Assembly (NCBI RefSeq): GCF_006345805.1 | Contig: NC_043019.1 | Span: 30,441,360 to 30,505,359, forward strand | Direction: 5' to 3' | DNA length: 64,000 bases | Source: Octopus sinensis | Lineage: Eukaryota | Notes under the pieces: model-generated | What the model saw: the letters and a program-made list of their open reading frames with translations, nothing else | Database searches by the model: none | What the model was told of the DNA's origin: nothing | Position numbers and translations under genes: made by a program | In this document: positions 12,709 to 24,832 of the stretch, one piece after another | Position numbering within the stretch: the first letter of the stretch is position 1 | How the letters are laid out: each line of letters begins with the position of its first letter

Positions 12709-13089
12709 TATCAGTTCGATAGAGTAATTATACGTGAACACGGGCGTCTACTACAATTGTATCTATATCTAATGTGGTGGTGGAGGGGAAGGGCAAGGAC
12801 TACTACTACTACTTGTAAGTTCCCCTCAACATCCCTGCTGACGTTCGCTCTGGCATTGACTTTTGTGACGTCATATTAGTTGCCAGGAAGTAGTAATACG
12901 AAACTGGAAACACCTCAGTTGATCATCTTCTTACCTGCATCCCATCATCTATAACTTTATACTGCCGTACTTTACTTCATTACATACACTTTATTTACTT
13001 CCACATAAAAGGTAAAACGACCATAATAGCCATAAATGGTTTATATATATATATATATATAGGTTTATATATATATATATATATTCTCT

Positions 13090-13480
13090 TTCTCTTTCTC
13101 TTTTCTCTTTTACTTGTTTCAGTCATTTGACTGCGGCCATGCTGGAGCACCGCCTTTTTTTTAGTCGAGCAAATCGACCCCGGGACTTATTCTTTGTAAG
13201 TCCAGTACTTATTCTATCGGTCTCTTTTGCCGAACCGCTAAGTGACGGGGACGTAAACACACCAGCATCGGTTGTCAAGCAATGCTAGGGGGACAAACAC
13301 AGACACACAAACACACACACATACATACATATATACATATATACGACAGGCTTCTTTCAGTTTCCGTCTACCAAATCCACTCACAAGGCATTGGTCGGCC
13401 CGGGGCTATAGCAGAAGACACTTGCCCAAGATGCCACGCAGTAGGACTGAACCCGGAACCATGTGGTTGGTTAGCAACCA
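13090..13480 (-). mobile_element. tRNA-derived SINE family B (CORE-like middle, internal microsatellite, TAAAAGAG tail)
   Basis: Reverse complement of head...GGCACCTTGGGCAAGTGTCTTCTACTATAGCC...GAAACTGAAAGAAGCCCGTCG(TA)n...GGTGCTCCAGCATGGCCGCAGTCAAATGACTGAAACAAGTAAAAGAG. Resembles the octopus OR-type SINEs. Confidence 0.85.
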
Positions 13481-13494
13481 TACAGTTCCGATTC

Positions 13495-13702
13495 CTTGGG
13501 CAAGTGTCTTCTACTATAGCCTCGGACCAACCAAAGCCTTGTGAGTGGATTTGGTAGACGGAAACTGAAAGAAGCCCGTCGTATATATATGTATATATAT
13601 GTGTTTGTCTCCCCAACATCGCTTGACAACCGATGCTGGTGTGTTTACGTCCCCGTTACTTAGCGGTTCAGCAAAAGAGACCGATAGGATAAGTACTAGG
13701 CT
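13495..13702 (+). mobile_element. SINE family B partial copy, inverted relative to the preceding copy
   Basis: CTTGGGCAAGTGTCTTCTACTATAGCC...GATAAGTACTAGGCTTA. Confidence 0.85.
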
Positions 13703-13734
13703 TATATATACATATATTATAGATGGATAGATAT

Positions 13735-14290
13735 TCTTTTACTTGTCTCAGTCATTTCACTGCGGCCTTGCTGGAGCACCGCCTTTAGTCGAACAAATCA
13801 ACCCCAGGACTTATTCTTTGTGAGCCTACTACTTATTCTACCGGTCTCTTTTGTCGAATCGCTAAGTTATGGGAGTGTAAACACCCCAACATCGGTTGTC
13901 AAGCGATGATGGAGGGACAAACACAGACACTCAAATACATACATACATACATACATACATACATAGCCACTAGACACATTTTTTTCTCTCCTTGTTTTTT
14001 TTCTGTGTCCCTTTCTGTAGAAGAGCATAGGCTCGAAACGTAAAAGACTTTTTCTATTCCTGAGCGTTATATTAATACATCTGTTTGTTTTGTACACCAC
14101 CTGTCTTGGTCTTTTGTTTTTTCGTAAACTCTTACTATATATACGATAGGCGTCTTTCATTTCTCGTCTACCAAATCCATCCACAAGGCTTTCCTCGGCC
14201 TGAAGATATAATAGAAGACGCCCAAGGTGTTACACAGTACGACTGAGCCTTGAACCATGTGGTTGGGACGCAAGCTTTTTACCACACACT
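13735..14290 (-). mobile_element. SINE family B interrupted by a Penelope-like fragment (about 13965-14140)
   Basis: The 3' half (13735-13960) and 5' half (14140-14290) flank a PLE-like piece placed in the internal microsatellite. Confidence 0.7.
14007..14048 (+). ncRNA. Hammerhead-like motif, variant core CUGUAGA
   Basis: CUUU-CUGUAGA-A-GAGC(AUAG)GCUC-GAAA-CG-UA^-AAAG. Related copies on the minus strand at 15444-15485, 35603-35642 and 37159-37198. Confidence 0.45.
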
Positions 14291-14339
14291 CGCATGCACG
14301 CACGCACGCATACACACACATACACACACACGCACACAG

Positions 14340-14700
14340 ACTGCGACCATGCTGGGGCACCGCCTTGAAAAATTTTTAGTTGAATGAATCAACCATAGTA
14401 CTTATTTTTCCTTTTAAGCCTGGTATTTATTCTATCGGTCTCTTTTACTGAACTGCTAAGTTTCAGGGACATAAACACATCAACACCGGTTGTCAAGCAG
14501 TGGCGGGGGGCAAACACAGACACGAAGACACACACACATACACACACACGCACACACCACACACACATACACATACATGCATATATTCATGCATACATAC
14601 GACGGGCTTCTTTCAGTTTTTGCCTACCAAATTCATTCACAAGGCATTGGCTATAGTGGAAGACACTAGCCCAACGTGCCAGGCTGTGGGATTGAACCTG
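14340..14700 (-). mobile_element. SINE family B, diverged copy
   Basis: Same motifs as the copy at 13090. Confidence 0.75.
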
Positions 14701-14941
14701 GAACTAGGATGTTTTATATGTGTTTATGGTTTCATTATAGCAGTCTGATATGAATCCATAAACACATATAAAACATCCAAGGGTATAGTTTTTCCTCTCT
14801 GAAGATATGTTCATGTCATATGAATGAAATTCATCGAAACAGCTGTAAGGGATCATGATTAATTTGTTGTTAATAATAAACAATTATTGACTTCCCAATC
14901 TCCATTTTCTTTTTCTTCTTTTTTATGAATATAAACTATAC

Positions 14942-14979
<38 letters not shown>

Positions 14980-15304
14980 ATACAAAATCAGAAAATGGAG
15001 AAATACATCTAAATCATTAATCACCTACCAGATAATACCCAATCACATACTTTATTGAACCACTACATAAGAACATTAAGGTTAAACATAAAAATATATA
15101 ACAAAACAGCGTACATGAATGAGTAATACAATACAATAGGTACAATCATTATAAGAGGATATAAATAAATAAATATAAATAGATATAAATATAAATATAC
15201 ACTATATCTTACAGCTATTTCGGCCATGCAGATAAATATGTCTCATTTTACCTATATTAGCCATGTATAGTATGTCATATATATATATATATATATATAT
15301 ATAG

Positions 15305-15355
<51 letters not shown>

Positions 15356-15545
15356 GGGAGAGTTTACGAAAAAAAGAAAAGACGAAGGCAGGTGGTGTAC
15401 AAAACAAACAGATGTATTAGTATAACGCTCAGGAATAGAAAAAGTCTTTTACGTTTCGAGCCTACTCTCTTCTACAGAAAGGGACACAGAAAAAAACAAG
15501 GAGGGAAAAAAATGTGTGTAGTGGCTAACGATCTATCATGGCGAC
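15356..15545 (-). mobile_element. Penelope-like terminal fragment flanked by (TA)n on both sides
   Basis: GGGAGAGTTTACGAAAAAA...GTCTTTTACGTTTCGAGCCTACTCTCTTCTACAGAAAGG. Homologous to 13965-14140, 35508-35650 and 37062-37275. Confidence 0.6.
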
Positions 15546-16454
15546 TCATTTATATATATATATATATATATATATATGTTATTTTAAGGAAACTAATTCT
15601 CCAAAAATACTAGGAATTGGACCAGTATTTCCTTGAATGAAACCATCCCTTCATGAGGTTAACAACTTCTAATCGAATTTTACACATACACGCTCGCGCG
15701 CGCATATATGTGAATAATTGCTTGGATTTTAGGTGTGTCTATTAGTATGCTGATTAAAGTACATTCATCGTTTGGGCTACCTGATGTCATCATTCACAGT
15801 TACGGTATAATTTTCAATGGATCTACGTCACGAATTCCGCAGTGTTCGTTTGGATCATAAATGATGAGGGTATCGGAAAATGAATTTGGTACGAATCTTT
15901 GTTTAACTCGACTACGACCCGTCTCATAGTATTACGAGAGCGTATAACATGCCTGGAGGAACTCAGTATATTTAACAGGATATACCTTTATACCGAACAC
16001 CTGAGAAGACTCAGACTTCACTGCTCTATGCAACACAACTAGATGCACAATGTCCTACCCGTAAGGGACAGCTTCAACATGGGTCAAAACGATCGTCACG
16101 TTGAATAAAGATTTGTACCAAATCCATTTCATTTTCATCATCAATTATATATATATATATACGAAAAAGCACATTCTAAACCTAAGATTTTGTTGTCAAA
16201 ATTTATGCGCAATAAACTAGTTATATTTCTACAATGCACAAAATATTCTTTTTTTACTCTAGGCACAAGGCCTGAAATTTTGGGGGAGAGGGGGGCAGTC
16301 GATTAGATCTAGCCCAGTACGCAACTGGAACTTAATTCATCGACCACGAAAGGATGAAAGGCAAAATCGACCTCGGCGGAATTTGAATACAGAACGTAAA
16401 GACAAACGAAATAACGCTAAGCATTTCGCCCGGCGTTTTTGCCAGTTCGCTGCC

Positions 16455-17024
16455 TCAATACACAAAATATTTAAACATTCTTTAATACAATTCCTAACAA
16501 TGTTCAATCATCTCTCTATATATAAACGGCAGTTTGTCTGTCTGTGTGTCTGTCAGGTTGTACCCTCACCCTGACCACGGCTTTCAACCGATTCTGATGA
16601 AACTTGACACACACATAGCCCAATGTCATAATTCAAAACTAACGCAGTGAAAATTTTGAAAAGTTCCCCCAGTTCTGAAAAAAATCGATAAATTCGACAT
16701 GGGGTCGAGAATCTAAGCTTTTTATATGCAACACATTTTCTGTCTAGGGGACACAACTCGACCTTTTTATCGCCCAAAGGGACAGCTAGGAACATCGTAT
16801 ACACAGAAGTATTCGAGTGAAGAGAAGACATTGCAACCTACACATGTGCCTTCGTTTCCTAGAGGGAAAGGACTAGATTGGGATTAGTCGTTGCCTACTA
16901 GGGGCTCTTACATACCCGGGCAACGCCGGGCTATGCTGCTAGTAAAAACATAAAAGGAGATTTTTTAAACATCGAATAGCTATGAGAGTCCCATGCCCCG
17001 AGTTAAAATGGTTGAGAAGCACTG
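16455..17024. mobile_element. Truncated hAT-type MITE (same family as 39811) split by a Helitron
   Basis: 16455-16510 and 16943-17024 join into sequence collinear with 39920-40080, ending AATGGTTGAGAAGCACTG followed by CTCTAAAG. Confidence 0.65.
16511..16942 (+). mobile_element. Non-autonomous Helitron
   Basis: 5' TCTCTCTATATATAAA, subterminal hairpin CCCGGGCAACGCCGGG (16915-16930), 3' CTAG; inserted between A16510 and T16943. Confidence 0.85.
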
Positions 17025-17557
17025 CTCTAAAGCAGAAAGCAGTAATGTATTTAAAAGTAGTTGAGCTTATAGTCCGGTTATAGAGTGAGCAATGGTTCAG
17101 CATCCACAATTTCGTTGGCCTGTGAACGTCTCGTCAGACTCTAAAGCCGAAGACATATGTAACTCCTCACCTCAAGAGATCCGGCTAAAAATCCTGCTTC
17201 TTTTTTTAAATACCATGAGAAGTGGTACTTCTCCTGCGCACATGCATCCAAATACAAACATGCACATATCAAAACATCTATGTACAGTAATTGTTGCCAG
17301 TTTTTAAAATATTTAATTTTATTTCTATTATTATTTAAGAAGACCACCTTTCCACTTAATGAATGTCATTACGAGGTCTTATGGTTGTTAGCAAGTCCGG
17401 CTCTGGACAAGCAAACATTGTTGGATATGTTATAAACATCTGCAAGCAAAAAAAGTTTCTGGGACTGAAGTAAAGTCTGATTTATGAAGTGTTCGTTTCA
17501 AGATGTCTTAAGTGCCTTACACACACACACACACACAACACACACACACACACACAC

Positions 17558-17590
<33 letters not shown>

Positions 17591-18239
17591 ACGCACACAC
17601 ACACACACACACACCACACACAGACACACACACACACACACGCACACACACCTTATCCAAATTTAAACATTTATTTTGAGATTTCCCTCACGTGCGAAAA
17701 AGCTCGTTTAATTTTATTTTTAATTCTAATTAAAACTTAGACTAATCGCTAATTAATTTAATGCTCACAGAAACCATACTCATGTATCTACTAAGTTCTT
17801 TTTCTCTTCTACACATAATAGTGTGTGTGTGTGTGGGGGGGGGGGTGAATTAATAAATGTTTGTGTTTACAAACGCTGGCAAAAAGTACTCAATACGTTC
17901 TATGAGAAGCTGAAGCATCTTAAATTGTAACTCAGAGTTTCGCGGCTCCGATTGTCCACACGATTCAGAACAGTCGCAAAGTAAAACATAAGTGTTTCAG
18001 CTCAAACTCCTGTTTTTCATTAAATGCACTGCTCCTCCGGCACGCATGTACACGCACATACAAACATATATACACACACACATACATACATACATACATA
18101 CATACATACATACATACATACATACATACATACATACATACATACATACATACATACATACGTACGTACATACATATATATATATGTATGTGTGCAAGAG
18201 AGAGAGAGAAAGAGACAAACAGACAACGAGACAGAGAGA

Positions 18240-18343
18240 TGATCAAAGTCTTGAGTGGATTTGGCAGACAGAAACTGAAAACCGCCCGTCAGGTGTGTGT
18301 ATGTGCGTGTATGTATGTATGTATGTATGTATGTATGTATGTA

Positions 18344-18378
<35 letters not shown>

Positions 18379-18484
18379 ATGTATGTATGTATGTATGTAT
18401 GGTATGTATGTATGGTATGTATATATGGTATGTATATAAGTATGTATGTATGTATGTATGTATGTATGTATGTATGTATGTGTG

Positions 18485-18516
<32 letters not shown>

Positions 18517-18828
18517 TGTATGTATGTATGTATGTGTATGTATGTATGTGTGTGTATGTATGTATGTATGTATGTATGTATGTATGTATGTGTGTATGTA
18601 TGTATGTATGTATGTATGTATATGTATGTATGTGTGTGTATGTATGTATGTATGTGTGTATGTATGTATATATGTATGTAGGTAGGTAGGTATTTGAGTT
18701 TGTCCTTTTGTTTGGTCCCAAGCATCGCTTGACAACCGATGCTGGTTTGTTTACGTTCCTATAACGTAGCGATCGTGCAAAAGTGGCTGGTTTAAAATAA
18801 CTACCAGGCTTTTTATTTAACAAAATTA

Positions 18829-18867
<39 letters not shown>

Positions 18868-18930
18868 TGAGGTCGATTCGGTCGACTAAAATCACTTCAG
18901 CATGGCCGTAGTCCACCAGTTACTGAAACA
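18240..18930 (+). mobile_element. SINE family B with a ~400-bp expanded internal (TATG)n
   Basis: TTGAGTGGATTTGGCAGACAGAAACTGAAA, then the microsatellite at 18297-18690, then AAGCATCGCTTGACAACCGATGCTGG...CAGCATGGCCGTAGTC. Confidence 0.75.
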
Positions 18931-19265
18931 AGCAAGCGATAAGAAATAATAATATTCAGAACTGTTGATAGGTAAATTCTACTTCGCCTAGATCTGAACT
19001 TTCGAACATGGTGCAAGGGCAGAAACTCTCTATTCGTTATTGCGCGACGTAGCACGGGAGTGGACGCTTTATAACAGCCAGTGGAAAAGGGAATATCCTT
19101 ATGCACTGTTGAAAGGGAGTCTCGTGTTGTCTTTGGCTTTTCTGGACCATCTTTAACGACCTGAAACGAATGCACTCAGTTTTATATAGATATTATATAA
19201 ATAGAGAGAGATTTATAAAATATGGTGGTGTTTGCGTATAATACGCAAATTATGCGTATAGCTTT

Positions 19266-19930
19266 GTATGTATGTACGTATGTATGTATGTATGCATGTA
19301 TGTATGTATGTATGTATGTATGTATGTATGTATGTGCGTATGTATGTATGTATGTATGTATGTATGTATGTATGTATGTATGCATGCATGCATGCATGTA
19401 CGTACGTATGTATGCATGCATGCATGTATGTACGTACGTACGTATGTATGTATGTATGTATGTATGTATGTATGTATGTATGTATGTATGTATGTATGCA
19501 GGCATGCATGCATGCATGTACGTACGTACGTACGTACGTATGTATGCATGCATGCATGTATGTATGTAGTACGTACGTACGTACGTACGTATGTATGTAT
19601 GTATGTATGTATGTATGCATGCATGCATGCATGCATGCATGTATGTATGTATGTATGTATGTACGTACGTACGTACGTATGTATGTATGTATGTATGTAT
19701 GTATGTATGTATGTATGTATGCATGCATGCATGCATGCATGTATGTATGTACGTACGTACGTATGTATGTATGTATGTATGTATGTATGTGTGTATGTAT
19801 GTATGCATGCATGCATGCATGTATGTATGTATGTATGTATGTATGTATGTACGTACGTACGTACGTACGTATGTATGTATGTATGTATGTATGCATGCAT
19901 GCATGCATGTATGTATGTATGTATGTATGC
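19266..19930. repeat. Compound tetranucleotide array (TATG)n/(CATG)n/(TACG)n
   Basis: Direct reading; nearly continuous purine-pyrimidine alternation. Confidence 0.95.
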
Positions 19931-19962
19931 CAGTATGTATGCAAACATGTATTTTTGTATCA

Positions 19963-20018
<56 letters not shown>

Positions 20019-20027
20019 ATACATGAT

Positions 20028-20240
20028 TCAGTGGTGAGAGCGTCGGGCTCACAATCATGAGGTAGTGAGTCCGATCCCCGGAGTGGGCTGCGTGTTGTGT
20101 TCTTGAGCAAGACACTTTATTTCACGTTGCTCCAGTTCACCCAGCTGTAGAAATAAGCATCGGCCTGCTTTTCCTTTGGATAAACTCGGAGGTGCAATCC
20201 CATGGTCATCCATGACCAAAAGGGGTCTTTACCCTTTACT
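20028..20240 (+). mobile_element. tRNA-derived SINE family C (Meta-domain-like middle)
   Basis: A box CAGTGGTGAGAGC, B-box-like GAGTCCGATCCC, then TTCTTGAGCAAGACACTTTATTTCACGTTGCTCCAGTTCACCCAGCTGTAGAAAT. Confidence 0.7.
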
Positions 20241-20364
20241 CACACACACACACACACATACACACACACATTAAAGTAAGCTAAGGCCGGTTTATGGGAT
20301 TACCTTAGGTTTCACGTCTATAAAGGGCTTAGCTATATGGCGTACCATCAGATCCTAAAATATA

Positions 20365-20762
20365 TAGGCACAGGAGTGGCTGTGTGGTTAGTCGCTTGCT
20401 TACCCACTGCATGGTACCTTGGGCAAGTGTCTTCTACTATAGCCTCGGGCCGACCAAAGCCTTGTGAGTGGATTTGGTAGAAGAAACTGAAAGAAGCCCG
20501 TCGTATATATGTGTGTGTGTGTGTGTGTGTGTGCGTGCGTGTGTGTGTGTTTGTTTGTCTGTGTTTGTCCCCCCTAGCATTGCTTGACAACCGATGCTAG
20601 TGTGTTTACGTCCCCGTAACTTATCGGTTCGGCAAAAGAGACCAATAGAATAAGTACTAGGCTTCCAAAGAATAAGTCCCGGGGTCGATTTGCTCGACTA
20701 AAGGCGGTGCACCAGCATGGCCGCAGTCAAATGACTGAAGCAAGTAAAAGAAAATAAAAGAG
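20365..20762 (+). mobile_element. SINE family B, near full length
   Basis: ATAGGCACAGGAGTGGCTGTGTGG...GACTGAAGCAAGTAAAAGAAAATAAAAGAG. Confidence 0.85.
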
Positions 20763-20765
20763 AAA

Positions 20766-20945
20766 TACGGAGATGTACTTGCATAGCAAGTGACCTGATC
20801 TGAGATCGTGCACTGGAACGAAAACAATTGCAGCGTGGAAGGTGTTTACAAGCCATTTAAGAAACACACGAAACCCGTTAGATTCACTTCAACATTTTAA
20901 TTTAATTTGTCAAAATATTTTCGTCGCTTTGAGACCGCGACCTGT
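20766..20945 (+). repeat. Unclassified dispersed repeat
   Basis: Closely similar to 49326-49487 (TACGGAGATGTACT..GCATAGCAAGTGA...TTTGTCAAAATATTTTCGTC). Partial tandem relatives lie at 49025-49320. Confidence 0.75.
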
Positions 20946-20977
20946 TCAGACAAAATTCCGTGCCACACACACACACA

Positions 20978-21059
<82 letters not shown>

Positions 21060-21661
21060 GAAACAGGAGATTGGCAAAATTGTTTTGCATTATTTATTCA
21101 CCATTATTTTTTTTCCAATCTCGTATTTTGATATGTATTTATGCTGCAAAAAAAATATTTTCCAGTATTTTTCAACTCTAATGCATACTTCACACTTATA
21201 TAACATCTACACACAACTTTAGAGTACTGGAATAAGCAGATGTCCTTCAAGAGGACACAGCTTGTATTGTAACCCTATCTACAATGTGTGTGTGTATGTG
21301 TATGGAGGGTGCATGGCCTAATGGTTAGAGTGCTGCACTCACGACCACGAGATTGTAGGACTGGGAGGTGCATTTTGCTCTTGAGCAAAATACTTAATCT
21401 CACAAAAAGACAAAATAAAATTAGTAAAAAATTTACTAGTTTTATTTTGTCTTTTTGTCTTCTCTTCTTGTGCTATATATGAACACTTAATGTGGTCTTA
21501 GAGTCAGATCCTGGCTGCTATTTTCAGAATAGCGGTATCTCGTAGATACCCTAAGATATAATTTTAATAATAATTATTACCTTTGAAGGTTTTTATTTGC
21601 ATGCTAGCCACTTGATAAGATCGTTATTTAATTTAAATTAAACGATCTTATCCTTATTTAT

Positions 21662-21739
<78 letters not shown>

Positions 21740-21872
21740 ATGTATGTATGTATGTATGTATGTATGTATGTATGTATGCATGTATGTATTAAATGTTCGG
21801 CACCCACCTTTTTTAATAATGAATGGAGAAAGTTTAAAAAAAGATTTTTTTAAGAAAAAAAAAATCAGTGTT

Positions 21873-22256
21873 TCTTTATATATAAAAGTGAAGTTGTGTG
21901 TCTGTCTCCTACGATTTAGATTCCTAACTACTCCCACATTTTGCGGTGCAGTTTAACCAAAACCGGGTATCTTATAGTCGTGATTCATATCGAGCCCTTC
22001 TGGGTATTAGCGCGCGTCTACGATGAGTCTACGATTTTAAGAAAAAATTACCATCATTTTTTTCCATTTTAATGCATTTCTTTCGCTATTATATAAGGGA
22101 AGTAACTCTCTAAAAATGTCTACGATGAGTCAAGGATTTAAAAAAAAATTTACCATAATTTTTTTCTATTTTTAATGCATTTTTTGGCTATAACTCTAAA
22201 AATGCTTTATAGTTATTTCCCTTACAAACCCGAGCAACGCCGGGCGATACTGCTAG
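21873..22256 (+). mobile_element. Non-autonomous Helitron, second family
   Basis: 5' TCTTTATATATAAAAGTGAAGTTGTGTGTCTGTCT; 3' CCCGAGCAACGCCGGGCGATACTGCTAG followed by T; internal ~100-bp duplication (TCTACGATGAGTC...). Confidence 0.8.
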
Positions 22257-22541
22257 TTTATCATAATACTTCATATCACTTATACAATCCACCCTGGTGT
22301 GAATTATCTATGAAGCTTAGAATAGCTTGTTAAAAGTTTACTCAGAGAAGTTGAGAATTTAATCTACCTTTTAATTATGTAGAATTTCCCTACGGATTGC
22401 AAGGCCTATATTGCACTTGTTTGACCTATTGCCAAAATCCAGCGCAGATTAGATAGATAGATAGATAGATAGATATTATAGATAGATAGATAATAGATAG
22501 TAGATAGATAGATAGAGATAGATAGATAGATAGATAGATAT

Positions 22542-22625
<84 letters not shown>

Positions 22626-23371
22626 ATATAGATAGATAGATAGATAGGTAGATAGATAGGCAGACACAAACATGTATATGTATGCATATGCATACATGAA
22701 TATACATATATATATGCACATATAGATGCAAATATATCTACGCATATTATATATATGTAATATTTGTGCACGTATACACACATGCGTGTATACAACCCAC
22801 ACACACGCACATATATATATATATATATATAATATATATATATATATATAAACACGCATACATATGCATATATCCATACATAGATTTGGTTGGTGCTTTT
22901 CACGAAACTTGAAACCTTTGAGTCACTTATATAACTTCATAATTATATATCCGCGCGTGTGTGTGTGTGCGTGTGTATGAACATTTACAATACACATAAT
23001 ATTCACGTTTCTAGTGTAGTCTATAATTATATAAATATAGTAACAGGGGGAAAACTCCTGTTTAACTGAAAACCCGTCCAACGATTTATCGTCTCTGCGC
23101 TCTCACACACATACACACGCTCTCACTCACTCACTCTCTCTATGAATGTATAACCAACTCTCTCTATCTCTCTGTCTCTGTCTCTCTCTTCTCTCCCTCT
23201 CTCGTAGAATGATGCTACTATACTGAAAGTAGTAACCTTTGCTAACAACATAACAGAAAGACGAGAAGATACACCAAAATGATTGTTACCATTTATACCT
23301 TTACACTCTGATCTGGAACATTATTCGTTAACACCAAGTAAGTGTCTGATTTAATTATATAAATACATTAA

Positions 23372-23474
<103 letters not shown>

Positions 23475-24034
23475 CTACCTGTCTGTCTGTCTCTATATAT
23501 GTCTGTCTTTCTGTCTATCTGTCTATCTATCTATCTGATTATCTGTATCTATATATAAATATATAGTGCTGAGATTACCCTATATTGCTACTCCGAATCT
23601 CGTGAACCGCGCTGATCACGCAAGTGAAAACTCCTTTTCTCCTATTTTCGGTTGCTTTAACGGCGAAGATTCATACCGAAACTTGGAGTAGCATCCAATT
23701 AGCACAGAACCATAATAACGATTATGCTATATTACCGCTATGTTTTAATTTTGCTTCTTGTTTTGTTAGTAAATTCGAGCGTGCAAACATACACAAACGC
23801 ATGCACACACACACGTACACATGCACATACACACTAATACACACACACATTTATTTATTTACGTGCATGCATACATATATCTAGCCATGCATATATATAT
23901 ATATATATATATATCTTTGCTTGCATGCATTTAGATTTTCCATAAAGCGAAGTAAACAATTATTTGTGGGTGACAATTGTGTCAAATATGTATTTGCATT
24001 ACGAGTGTGTATGTGTGTGAAAGACAGACAGACA

Positions 24035-24045
24035 GACAGACAGAC

Positions 24046-24109
<64 letters not shown>

Positions 24110-24150
24110 GGATGGATGGATGGATGGATGGATGGATAGATAGATAGATA

Positions 24151-24208
<58 letters not shown>

Positions 24209-24435
24209 GATAGATGGATGGATGGATGGATGGATGATGGATGGATGGATAGATAGATAGATAATAGATAGATAGATAGATGATAGATAGATAGAAGATA
24301 GATAGAGATAGATAGATAGATAGATAGATAGATGGATGGATGGATAGATAGATAGATAGATAGATAGAGATAGATAGATAGATAGATGGATAGATAGATA
24401 GATAGATAGATGATAGATAGATAGATGGATGGATG

Positions 24436-24500
<65 letters not shown>
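24035..24500. repeat. (GATA)n/(GATG)n/(GACA)n compound microsatellite
   Basis: Direct reading. Similar arrays at 22450-22540, 23375-23480 and 27178-27257. Confidence 0.95.
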
Positions 24501-24501
<1 letters not shown>

Positions 24502-24683
24502 TAAGGGGATAAAGAGAGAGAGAGGGGAGTACGTGCATTTCAATATATGTGCGTATACACATATAATGTGTGTGTGAATTTATCAGTGCATAAGATATGT
24601 GCGTATTTGTGTGTGAATGTGTGTGCGTACGTACGTGTGACAGAGAATACGTATATCTCAATATATGTGTGAATGCATTAGTG

Positions 24684-24832
24684 CAAGCATGGGCAACCTT
24701 TTTCGGAAAGCGAGCTGCATGAGATATGGCTCGTTGTCAGGCATGCTGTGCTATTAAAAAAAATTCAAGTAATTTTTTAGTTTAGGCGTGCCATTCAGTG
24801 TGTCCCAACGGGCCGCAGGTTGCCTATGGCTG
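24684..24832. mobile_element. 149-bp hAT (Charlie-like) MITE
   Basis: TIRs CAAGCATGGGCAACCT / AGGTTGCCTATGGCTG (13/16 match); 8-bp TSD CATTAGTG / CGTTAGTG. Confidence 0.8.

Noticed and set aside
17925-17958. Minus-strand relative of the 7666 hammerhead
   Set aside because: The GAAACUCUGAGUUACAA half is retained but the CUGANGA core has decayed; not called functional.
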